Positions 46,047 through 54,446 of a stretch of 64,000 bases of DNA are shown one piece after another. The stretch lies in the sequence record PP496444.1; one strand, 5' to 3'. A model generated the notes under the pieces. That model did no database searches. It was not told the DNA's origin and saw only the letters and a program-made list of their open reading frames with translations. Within the stretch, counting starts at the first letter, position 1, and every line of letters starts with the position of its first letter. A program made the position numbers and the translations under genes.

Positions 46047-46577
46047 ATGGCTAAAGGAAAGACCGTCAAGTTCTACTTGGCCACCTCGTACGAACTCCAT
46101 GCCTCTGCCGAGCTGTACGTGGACTGGATTCAGAACCATGCCGACACCCAGCTCAAGAACACTGCGCGCTGGATCTGGGATGAAAACGATACCGACCACG
46201 TGGCGCAGAAAGCCAAGATGGACTTCGAGGACATCGACAAGGCAGACGCCCTGATCGCCTTCTGGCCGTTCGGTAAAGGAACCAGCGCCGAGATTGCCTA
46301 CGCGTACGCCAAGGGCTTGCAGATCATCATGTACATCCCGGAGGACTATTACGACGAAGGGAAGATTGCGTGCATGCCGGTCGGCCTAGGTACGCCACTG
46401 GAATACGCCGAGTGGCACACAGTCGACGGTGGGCCGGATGAAAGTTCAGAACCATGGGCGTCGGCGCGTTACCACCCCTGTCACTACAGCAACAAACTTC
46501 TACCTACCGAGCCGGTGATCGTCCACAACCTTAAGGGGCTGTCGTTCGTGCTGCCGCTCCTTACCAAGAGACAGTAA
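46047..46577 (+). CDS. Nucleoside 2-deoxyribosyltransferase / deoxynucleotide N-hydrolase family protein
   Basis: KFYLA, D...IDKADA.IA, GKGTSAEIAYAYAKG (catalytic Glu motif). Confidence 0.8.
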   Translation: MAKGKTVKFYLATSYELHASAELYVDWIQNHADTQLKNTARWIWDENDTDHVAQKAKMDFEDIDKADALIAFWPFGKGTSAEIAYAYAKGLQIIMYIPEDYYDEGKIACMPVGLGTPLEYAEWHTVDGGPDESSEPWASARYHPCHYSNKLLPTEPVIVHNLKGLSFVLPLLTKRQ

Positions 46578-46579
46578 CC

Positions 46580-47035
46580 ATGAACTCCAGAGCCCAGCCT
46601 CAAAGTTCTACCATCCCGTTGTCCATTCGCGTCGGTGTACGGTTAAGCCTTCTGTTCAGCACGACGGCTAAGGCCCTGATCAAGCACCGCAACAGTGTTA
46701 TATCTCTGGCGTTCGCCGGACTGATCGCGACGTGTACCTATCTGTCGCTGGACAACAGCTGCATGCGCCGGTGGGAAGGCGTACCCGTACAAACCCGCTG
46801 GGCCTGGGGTGAATGCCAAGTCAAGGTTGATGACCTATGGCGCGAAGAAGGCTTCGCCGTCAACTACCTGAAAAGCAAGTTCGCTCGGGATGGATTCTTC
46901 ATCCTGTCCAGCAGTGCTATCTACTCCGAGCAGTTCCAAGAGCTGGATATCCACGGACGATCCCAACGTCTGACCCAACCGAAACCTACCGACAAACCCG
47001 AAAAGGAACAGACCCATGCTTCTCCGAAACCCTGA
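46580..47035 (+). CDS. Putative membrane-anchored protein
   Basis: TM segment followed by C...W......W..GEC.VK pattern. Confidence 0.6.
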   Translation: MNSRAQPQSSTIPLSIRVGVRLSLLFSTTAKALIKHRNSVISLAFAGLIATCTYLSLDNSCMRRWEGVPVQTRWAWGECQVKVDDLWREEGFAVNYLKSKFARDGFFILSSSAIYSEQFQELDIHGRSQRLTQPKPTDKPEKEQTHASPKP

Positions 47036-48104
47036 TGGCATCCACGAACAAATGGGTGAAACCATCGAATCCCGCATTCAGCACCTGATCACCATGCTGA
47101 CCATGCAGAACGCCAACAACGAGATCCAGCACGATCGGTTCTGGGCGCACTTCGACAATTCTGTACGCGCCGACTATCGTATGGCCCTGATCGAGCTGGG
47201 CGAAGTGTGGGACCACCTGCCGTCCGGTCAATGGTGGAAGAAGGGCGACCAGACCGAAGCGTTCCTCAATCTGGATCAGCGTGATCAAGCGGCGCTTGAA
47301 ATCGTGGACGCGATGCACTTCGCTCTGAGCCACACCATCCGCAACTACATCGACGATCCAGACCACAGCGTGATGTCCGAGATCATTCCCGACATCGCGT
47401 CGCTGCTCGCGGGCGTCAGCATGCAAGCCTCGGTGGTATACGAAGACTTCCTGCGCAGTGACGTCACCGTTGAGCAGATCATGGTTGAGTTCAACTCTCT
47501 GATCGACACGGCCATCATCAATGCCAACTTCGAGGTGTTGCCACTGGACTCGGTTGCCGTACCTTCCATCCTGCTGGATGCGGGCGTACATCAGAGCTTC
47601 AACTTGTTCTGGTCGAGCGTGTTCCTCGCGCTTCATCTGCTGGACTACAGCTTTGAGCAGGTCGTCGCGCTGTACGTAACCAAGAACCGTCTCAACACCT
47701 TCCGCGTGAAAAACGGTTACACCAAGAAGGCCGGTGAAGATCGTTACGTCAAGCTGGCGTACGACGGCGGTTCTGATACTGTCCCGGTCGAAGACAACCA
47801 CCACGTCCCAGCCATGGCCAGGTCGGCGGCAGAGGCTACTGCGCTGCGCGGCAGTGACCTGATGATGGAGATCGACAACGTCATCCTCTACATGTACCGT
47901 AACCGTCTGGCGCAAGTGTGGGGCGTGATCGACGCTATCTCCAGTCGCTCGATTGCTGCGAACCAAGACGCTTTCCCTTCACATTGGTTGCTACCGGTCG
48001 GCGGCTGGAACCTGGTCAGCACCAACGAAGGCTTGGCGTATCACAACACTGATACCCAAGAGACTATCGTGTATCAAGGCGTGCATCCGCACTTCGCCAA
48101 GTAA
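47016..48104 (+). CDS. Dimeric (all-alpha) dUTP diphosphatase
   Basis: E..E..DH...WWKK, ALEIVDAMHFALS, YVTKNRLNTFRVKNGY. Confidence 0.85.
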   Translation: MLLRNPDGIHEQMGETIESRIQHLITMLTMQNANNEIQHDRFWAHFDNSVRADYRMALIELGEVWDHLPSGQWWKKGDQTEAFLNLDQRDQAALEIVDAMHFALSHTIRNYIDDPDHSVMSEIIPDIASLLAGVSMQASVVYEDFLRSDVTVEQIMVEFNSLIDTAIINANFEVLPLDSVAVPSILLDAGVHQSFNLFWSSVFLALHLLDYSFEQVVALYVTKNRLNTFRVKNGYTKKAGEDRYVKLAYDGGSDTVPVEDNHHVPAMARSAAEATALRGSDLMMEIDNVILYMYRNRLAQVWGVIDAISSRSIAANQDAFPSHWLLPVGGWNLVSTNEGLAYHNTDTQETIVYQGVHPHFAK

Positions 48105-48130
48105 GCTCTGATCCACCGAAGCGGTAAAGG

Positions 48131-48178
48131 AACCCCGTGTAAAACTATCTGTCAAATGGTAGTTGCACGGGGTTTTTT
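48131..48178 (+). terminator. Terminator-like hairpin overlapping the downstream -35 box
   Basis: aaccccgtgtaa...ttgcacggggtt followed by T-tract. Confidence 0.6.
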
Positions 48179-48191
48179 CGTGTGCTATAAT
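48163..48191 (+). promoter_or_regulatory. sigma70-type promoter TTGCAC-17-TATAAT (extended -10)
   Basis: Near-duplicate of the 10428 promoter, including downstream gcaccatggcac. Confidence 0.8.
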
Positions 48192-48258
48192 GGCACCATG
48201 GCACCAGCCATGCCCGGAAACATTGAACTTCCGGCCACTGTCCCAAGAGGAACGCACC

Positions 48259-48594
48259 ATGCCTAAAGTTTCGCTTACCACTTTCGCTGAGCAAGTATTT
48301 CAAGCGGAAGGTGTACGTTTGAGCATAACGACCAGAAGTAAAAAGGTTGAGCCTATGGTCAAGTCTTACGTGGGTAAACGAAAAATAAAAGGCCACGAAG
48401 ATTTACGAGTCTTACTCGTTAGGGTCTACAAAGATCTGGGTCATACCATTGATCCGACCAAGGACATGAGTAAGGTTAACGTCAATGGTACGTATCCAGC
48501 TACCCTTAATATCTGGGATGGCGAAGGCCGTAAGCTTATAAAAAATGATTTTGAGAGCCTAAACTGTCTGGTTCGACTACGTAAAGAAGATTGA
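48259..48594 (+). CDS. Basic hypothetical protein (probably early), AT-rich gene
   Basis: ATG after cactgtcccaagagg leader; resembles the N-terminus of the 49773 ORF. Confidence 0.7.
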   Translation: MPKVSLTTFAEQVFQAEGVRLSITTRSKKVEPMVKSYVGKRKIKGHEDLRVLLVRVYKDLGHTIDPTKDMSKVNVNGTYPATLNIWDGEGRKLIKNDFESLNCLVRLRKED

Positions 48595-48634
48595 TCCTTA
48601 GTATTTCTACGCACTGTCCCAAGAGGAACGCACC

Positions 48635-49312
48635 ATGAAACAATCAGAACTGCAAGTGACTTCCACCAGCGCCAACGTGAACGGCTACCAGGTTGAAATC
48701 AGTGACAACAGCGTCGGCTTCCACTTCCGTCTGCGCCATGTTCCCACTGGCCGCGTAACGCACTGGGCAGGTTATCAGCAGATCGTGATGCTGGACGGCA
48801 TCGCCGCAGCAACCGGCTATTACACCAGCGGCGGCGAGAATGATTGCGTGCCAATGCCCGCTGCAGACATCCTGCGTCAGTTCGCTGTGCAAGACACGGC
48901 GATCAAGTTCGGGGATGAGTTCTCTGAGGTCGGTGACAAGCTGGCGAACGCACTGGAAGGTTCCGGCGAATTGCTGGAGAACATGTCGGATGAAGATTTC
49001 ACTCGCGGCATTCAACGCATTGATCTGGCGTTGAGTGAAGCCAAGCGAGAGCTTACGGACGAAGAGTTCAAAGCCGAAGCGGCGAGGATCGTAGATCATC
49101 TGGACCGGGCAGCTAGTGGTGCTGGCGTGCCGGAACTCATCATATCCACCCAAGTGTTGGAGAAAGGTTCGGAAGTCTACCGCAAGACGGTGGGCGAGGG
49201 CCATCGAGTGCCAGCGTCAAAACGCCCACCAGCAGGTTCAAAGGAACGTAGCCAGTGGGATCGCACCGTGCTGACTCTGATCGTCGATATGTACCGTGAC
49301 GGCGAGATCTAA
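48635..49312 (+). CDS. Hypothetical protein (probably early)
   Basis: Same 26-bp leader as the previous gene. Confidence 0.7.
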   Translation: MKQSELQVTSTSANVNGYQVEISDNSVGFHFRLRHVPTGRVTHWAGYQQIVMLDGIAAATGYYTSGGENDCVPMPAADILRQFAVQDTAIKFGDEFSEVGDKLANALEGSGELLENMSDEDFTRGIQRIDLALSEAKRELTDEEFKAEAARIVDHLDRAASGAGVPELIISTQVLEKGSEVYRKTVGEGHRVPASKRPPAGSKERSQWDRTVLTLIVDMYRDGEI

Positions 49313-49369
49313 CTCAACACTCACCGGGGATCACAAGGTCCCCAACCCTACCCCGAAGAGGGAAGTATC

Positions 49370-49729
49370 GTGCGAGAAATTGAAGACGACTACTGCGATT
49401 TAGACACCAGCTCGGAGGAACTCGAGACTGTTGTGGATGGCAAGCACACTGTCTTCCCCGTCACGGGTAGCAGGACCAAACAGTTCCACGATGCAGAGCC
49501 CGTTGAAGTTGTCGCCGGTCTAGAGCTTTATTACCGCAGCTGGTCGATTATCCGCAACAGCAGAAATGACACGTGGGAGGTATTCCACCCGGATACACCG
49601 GATAGTACTGAAGATGAATATCCCCGTGTCTGGGACTGCATGCGGTGCATAGACAAAGAGATTGAAGACGGTCGCCTTCTTGGCGATGCCGTCACTCCCG
49701 AAACTGAAGACTGCGTACTCCGAGCCTAA
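49370..49729 (+). CDS. Acidic hypothetical protein
   Basis: GTG after ccctaccccgaagagg leader. Confidence 0.6.
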   Translation: MREIEDDYCDLDTSSEELETVVDGKHTVFPVTGSRTKQFHDAEPVEVVAGLELYYRSWSIIRNSRNDTWEVFHPDTPDSTEDEYPRVWDCMRCIDKEIEDGRLLGDAVTPETEDCVLRA

Positions 49730-49772
49730 GCTACTGCTTGAGAGTCCACCCTACCCCAAAGAGGATTACACC

Positions 49773-50927
49773 ATGGCCCGAGTCAATACCGCCCGTTACA
49801 CTTCCCAGCTCCTGAATCTGGAAGGCGTCACCATCAAGATCATCCCAGTGGGTGAGCCGGGAGATAAAGCGCCCGTCAGTCCAACACTGGACGCGTACTT
49901 CTGGACCCGCAAGCTGCCAGACAACGCCACGCTGCGCCAGCTGATCAACCGCATTCGTACATCTGCCGGTCACACGAAGCAAGGTGCCGAAGCGCAGGAG
50001 GCTCCGGGCCATGTGTTGTTGATCGGCAAGCATACCTGCCAGCTGCAAGTGCTCACGGCCAAAGGCACACCGCTGACGAAGAAAGAGATGGTGGTCGGCA
50101 CTATCACCATGGGCCAGCTGCGCAAGCAGGAACCGGCCAAGACCATGCGTAAAGATCACGTCGCGTCTGCCAAAGCATCGATGGCCCAGATAAAGAAAGA
50201 CGATCCAGAGCTGCACGCAGTGGCGACTGGCAAGACGTTCGATCCGGCCAAAGCCCAGACGACAGCGAAGTCGGCAACCTTAGATGCCATCACGGGTATG
50301 CTCGCCCAGTTCAATCACAAGCCCCGTAAGGGTGAGACGAAAGCGGACGTGCTGCCGACAGATCCAAAGGAAGCCGTGCAGTTCCTGCTCCAACACTGGT
50401 ATCTGACCGGTGGCAGAAAAGAAGTGAGCACCACGGTGTCGGCGGAAGGCAAGAAGTTCGTCGATGACATGTACGCCGCTACGTTTCCAAAGACGATAGC
50501 TGAGATGGGCCATCCACCGATTGCGTACTTGATCAAGTTCTGGGAAGTTAACCGCTACCGCTTCGGCATCGGCCATCCGATTCAGATTCCACCCGCTAAC
50601 TTGCCGGTGAAGTCCAAGATGATGGGCAAGGTGTTGTGGCTGGGCGGCAAGCAGAAGAGCGTTATCAAGGAAGTCGTATCGCGTCAGCTGCCGGGTCGTC
50701 CAGAGGGTGAGCGTACCGAGTTCGCTATCACGGTGTCAGGTGATGAAGTGCAGACCAGCCATATGATCGAGCACAAAGGTAACTCGTACCGGATCAAGGA
50801 CTCGGCAATCATCTCGGATGGCATCCTTCGTCCTGAGACGTCAACGGTCACTCCGAAGCCCGGCCCTACCAAACCGAAGAAGCCCGCGCTGGAAATCAAA
50901 GCCAAGAAGAAAGGTAAGAAGAAATGA
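49773..50927 (+). CDS. Basic hypothetical protein (probably early)
   Basis: ATG 49773 after ccctaccccaaagagg leader; KKGKKK tail. Confidence 0.7.
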   Translation: MARVNTARYTSQLLNLEGVTIKIIPVGEPGDKAPVSPTLDAYFWTRKLPDNATLRQLINRIRTSAGHTKQGAEAQEAPGHVLLIGKHTCQLQVLTAKGTPLTKKEMVVGTITMGQLRKQEPAKTMRKDHVASAKASMAQIKKDDPELHAVATGKTFDPAKAQTTAKSATLDAITGMLAQFNHKPRKGETKADVLPTDPKEAVQFLLQHWYLTGGRKEVSTTVSAEGKKFVDDMYAATFPKTIAEMGHPPIAYLIKFWEVNRYRFGIGHPIQIPPANLPVKSKMMGKVLWLGGKQKSVIKEVVSRQLPGRPEGERTEFAITVSGDEVQTSHMIEHKGNSYRIKDSAIISDGILRPETSTVTPKPGPTKPKKPALEIKAKKKGKKK

Positions 50928-51160
50928 GTCGGCTCAAGACGATGTACGGCAACGTCAAAGTGTGGGGCATGCTGCTTCTGGCCATCCTCATCGTCGGTAC
51001 GGGCACGCTCATATGGCTGGCGGGTACGGCCATGGTGCTCGCAGGCGGGGTTTTGCAGCGCATTGGCTCCATGACTGGGGGCATAAGCGTATCGGCCCAT
51101 GAGCGAGGCCACAGCGCGTACGACCGCATTAGGCCCAAGAGCCCTAAAGACCAACGCTGA
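50924..51160 (+). CDS. Small membrane protein
   Basis: Long hydrophobic stretch, ATGA overlap. Confidence 0.6.
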   Translation: MSRLKTMYGNVKVWGMLLLAILIVGTGTLIWLAGTAMVLAGGVLQRIGSMTGGISVSAHERGHSAYDRIRPKSPKDQR

Positions 51161-51217
51161 CCCATTCACGTAGACACTGGTAAATGAGCCAGTGTCACAC
51201 CGATTACCGAGGTACCA

Positions 51218-51541
51218 ATGACTACTCCAGACACCAACCAGACCACTGCGGACATCGAAGCAGTTCTTGTCCAGCTTGAACGCGGAACCAATGCAGACGG
51301 CCAGCCCGTGCATTACTTCCTGACGTACAGAGGCAAGGACGTGCCAGTGAGTGACCGTGAGGTTCGTACCACGGCCAACATCAAGCACGCCTTCCGCTTC
51401 AACACGGAAGAAGAAGCCAACGCGGCTATCCAGTCGGAAGGCTTCCAGCAGCTGGTTTCAAAGATCAACCGGTCCGGCCCCGGCGTCACTAAGGTGACAA
51501 CGCCGAAGATGAGCATTCGTTACGCTCTGCTTCCTGAATAA
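51218..51541 (+). CDS. Hypothetical protein
   Basis: GAGG SD, 107 aa. Confidence 0.65.
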   Translation: MTTPDTNQTTADIEAVLVQLERGTNADGQPVHYFLTYRGKDVPVSDREVRTTANIKHAFRFNTEEEANAAIQSEGFQQLVSKINRSGPGVTKVTTPKMSIRYALLPE

Positions 51542-51591
51542 CCAAACCCAATCTCAATCGCAACATCTAAAGTCCCGATAGGAGTTACACC

Positions 51592-53223
51592 ATGACCGCT
51601 TCAGACCGTTTCGTAGCAGCAGAAGCCAAACTGTACGTCGGCAACAAGGCTGACAACATCCGTATCCAGCTGGCAGGCAACACCGCCCTGATCCAAGGCT
51701 GGAAGGATGACAAGGAAGACACCGAAGTCGCCAGCTATGACTTCAAGACCGCCAAGGAATTGATCGAGCTGATCCAGTCGTCCCGTGATCAGGTCAATGC
51801 TCCCGATGGCCAGATCCGTGTCGTCGATGCCAACGCCAGCGTAATGTTCAACGCAGCTGACGCCGGTGAGAACTCCGTAACGTCTTTCGGCAAGTCCGGT
51901 GCCAAGTTCTTCGACTTCCTGACCGAGCTGGCTAAGGCCGAAGCTGCCGAAAGCGCCGAAGGTGAAGCTGCCCGTGGTCAACTAGCCGAGAAGCTGGCCG
52001 CTGCACTGGCTCACAATACCGAGCTGCCGAAAGACGCCGCCCAGGTCGAAACCGTAGCAGGTACGCTGACCACTGCGCCCAACTCCCCGGTTCAAGGTGC
52101 CAGCCTCGATATGCGATACGATGCCGCTGACCTTGGCAAGGAACTGGGTCTGGTTGACGAAATGGAAGAACAGTTCCAGCATCCCGGTCTGGTGCATCGC
52201 TTCGGCTTCCCGGCTGGGCTCACTCTGGGCGGTAGCTTGGACGTGACCCTGCCAGATGGTAGCGTGACCGAGACGTACGACTTCTCCGACTCTGACGGTG
52301 AGCGTGCCGACGACAGCTCCGAAGGTACCGTGTTCGTTCAAGTGCGCACCTACGCCAAGGACGCCGACGAAAACGAAGAAGACGAGCGCATCCAACTGGA
52401 ACTGCCGACCATCGCCGCAGTGAACCGTCTGCTCAACCTGATCGAGACTCACGGCGACGACTTGCAGCTCAACATGGTGTCTGTGCTGACACTTGACGTA
52501 CCCGCTCTGGAACTGGAATACCGCTACACCCCCGAGAAGGGCAAGCTGACTTCCAAGATCCGTGTCGAGTTCGCCACCGCGTTCATCGCAGACCTTCGCG
52601 CCATTGCCGTGCCAACGTACACCCCGTTCGATCTGCGCATGCACAGCGAATTCAGCTACGAAGACTTCGCCCACGTCACCAGCAACTACGCTGCATCTCT
52701 GAGCGCTCGCTGCCGCAACTCTTCCCCGGCAGCTGTCCTGACCGGCAAGATCGAACTGACCGGCTGGGCCACTCTGGTGGTAGACGGTGAACCCGTCACT
52801 CTGATGTTCGACGGCACATCGGCCAGCAACTCCCAAGGCGATGAAGTGACCATGCAGGCCGCAGTAGCGCAACTGCTCGCCGCCGACAAGATCACGTTCT
52901 TCCCGGACACCCGACTGATGAAGGTGGCCAAAGCGTCCAGCAACAAGGACAAGGCATTCGGCCCGGAAGCGCTGACCGGTATCTGGGTCAAGCTTAACGG
53001 CAAGGACGAAGGCATCATCTACACCACCAAAGGCTTGAGCACCCTGCTCAACAAGTTCCACCAGACCGAAGTGGCCGCAGTCACCGAGGAAGTCAAGAAG
53101 GTGAACGAGCTGGTCGATACCGAACTCAGCATCGTCTTGAGCGAGCTGATGGTTGATCTGCCGCAGGAAGTGCCGGAAAAGAAGATCAAGTCGGTCGAGA
53201 CCCGCCGTCGTATCATTCAGTAA
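51592..53223 (+). CDS. Large acidic hypothetical protein, probably highly expressed
   Basis: 543 aa, AGGAG SD, strong preferred-codon usage; no family recognised. Confidence 0.75.
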   Translation: MTASDRFVAAEAKLYVGNKADNIRIQLAGNTALIQGWKDDKEDTEVASYDFKTAKELIELIQSSRDQVNAPDGQIRVVDANASVMFNAADAGENSVTSFGKSGAKFFDFLTELAKAEAAESAEGEAARGQLAEKLAAALAHNTELPKDAAQVETVAGTLTTAPNSPVQGASLDMRYDAADLGKELGLVDEMEEQFQHPGLVHRFGFPAGLTLGGSLDVTLPDGSVTETYDFSDSDGERADDSSEGTVFVQVRTYAKDADENEEDERIQLELPTIAAVNRLLNLIETHGDDLQLNMVSVLTLDVPALELEYRYTPEKGKLTSKIRVEFATAFIADLRAIAVPTYTPFDLRMHSEFSYEDFAHVTSNYAASLSARCRNSSPAAVLTGKIELTGWATLVVDGEPVTLMFDGTSASNSQGDEVTMQAAVAQLLAADKITFFPDTRLMKVAKASSNKDKAFGPEALTGIWVKLNGKDEGIIYTTKGLSTLLNKFHQTEVAAVTEEVKKVNELVDTELSIVLSELMVDLPQEVPEKKIKSVETRRRIIQ

Positions 53224-53280
53224 TTCAAGTAAGGACATCAGGCCATGGATGGCTATCACGGACAATGCAGGGTTAGGAAA

Positions 53281-54033
53281 ATGAAGGTTTCTACGAAACG
53301 ACGTATCATCTACTGGGCACCGTCGGCGCTTATTTTGCTGGCGTCGATGTCACTGGTCGGTCTTGCCGCGCATGCCAATACGGTGCGAGCTGACGAGGCG
53401 GCTCCGCCCATGAACCCTGAGATCCACCGCGCGGCAATGACGGTGCAAGCGGCACAAGGTTTCAATGGCAATGCCAACCCACTGGCTCTGGAGCGTCCTA
53501 CGTTCTCGCCGGAAGTCAAAGCCAAGATGGACGTGGTGATGAACCAGTGTCCAGTGGACAGCTCGCTGAAACAGGTGCGGTTGTTCCGCTACTCCGAAGG
53601 TGAAGTCCCGGCGCCGAGCATGTTCGATGCCATCTGCAGCTTGCTGGTATTGCCGCCGGACGTGCAACACAAGAGCGATCCGATGCAGTGGCGCAAGTTC
53701 ACCCAGGTGGTCACCCCGGTCAGCGCTGAGATCCTGATCGAGGTGGATTCGAGCCAGCCGCAGAACGACAAGGCACGCTTCCTGTTCCAGCAGGTACTGA
53801 ACAACCCAGACTGGTTCCAACTGGTCGAAGTGAAAAGCATGAAGGTGAAAGGCACGGCGCTGGAACGCACTGTGATCTTCCAGATTCAGCAGTCGGTAGG
53901 TGTATATTACGACATGCTCGCGGCGTACGTCAACCAACAAGGTAAGCCGGTCGTCAAACCCATCCCGACGATTCAGAACGGAAGCCGCAGCACAGACAAC
54001 CGCCCCATCACCATGCTGACCGCTCCGCAGTAA
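53281..54033 (+). CDS. Hypothetical exported/membrane-anchored protein
   Basis: AGGA SD; signal-like N-terminus ending AAHA. Confidence 0.65.
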   Translation: MKVSTKRRIIYWAPSALILLASMSLVGLAAHANTVRADEAAPPMNPEIHRAAMTVQAAQGFNGNANPLALERPTFSPEVKAKMDVVMNQCPVDSSLKQVRLFRYSEGEVPAPSMFDAICSLLVLPPDVQHKSDPMQWRKFTQVVTPVSAEILIEVDSSQPQNDKARFLFQQVLNNPDWFQLVEVKSMKVKGTALERTVIFQIQQSVGVYYDMLAAYVNQQGKPVVKPIPTIQNGSRSTDNRPITMLTAPQ

Positions 54034-54068
54034 TCTGAAACACCCACTGTCCCAATGAGGTATCTACC

Positions 54069-54443
54069 GTGAATAAGTTTACCGATTTCAGAAAAGAAAG
54101 ACAGATCATTCGCTTCCTCCCCGAGACGCCCAAGCCGATGCTCATTCGGCTCAAGGAAAGACCGGATACAGATACAGCCCTTCCCGTGGACTTCTCTTGT
54201 TTGGGGCTTCTGGGTCAGGGATACCCTATAACCAAGTCTTTCAACCTTCCGATCGTGACTGATGAGGGTAGCCACCACGTACTGCGAATGGGTATCAAGG
54301 CCTATGCTCGCATTGATGCTTTCGTCGAGATGAGTGGTCCCTTCAAAGGTAAGGACGTGGGCTTCCGTGCGCAGGCTGATCAAGCCCGTGCTTTCAAGCT
54401 GGCCGATCTGGTACAGCGTAACATGATCAAGTACGGGAAGTAA
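54069..54443 (+). CDS. Hypothetical protein
   Basis: GTG after cactgtcccaatgagg leader. Confidence 0.65.
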   Translation: MNKFTDFRKERQIIRFLPETPKPMLIRLKERPDTDTALPVDFSCLGLLGQGYPITKSFNLPIVTDEGSHHVLRMGIKAYARIDAFVEMSGPFKGKDVGFRAQADQARAFKLADLVQRNMIKYGK

Positions 54444-54446
54444 GAC

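Noticed and set aside
51592-53223. Ro60/TROVE partner for the Y-RNA-like element (size fits)
   Set aside because: No vWA DxSxS MIDAS motif or recognisable TROVE helical features; the protein is acidic and beta-rich by composition.
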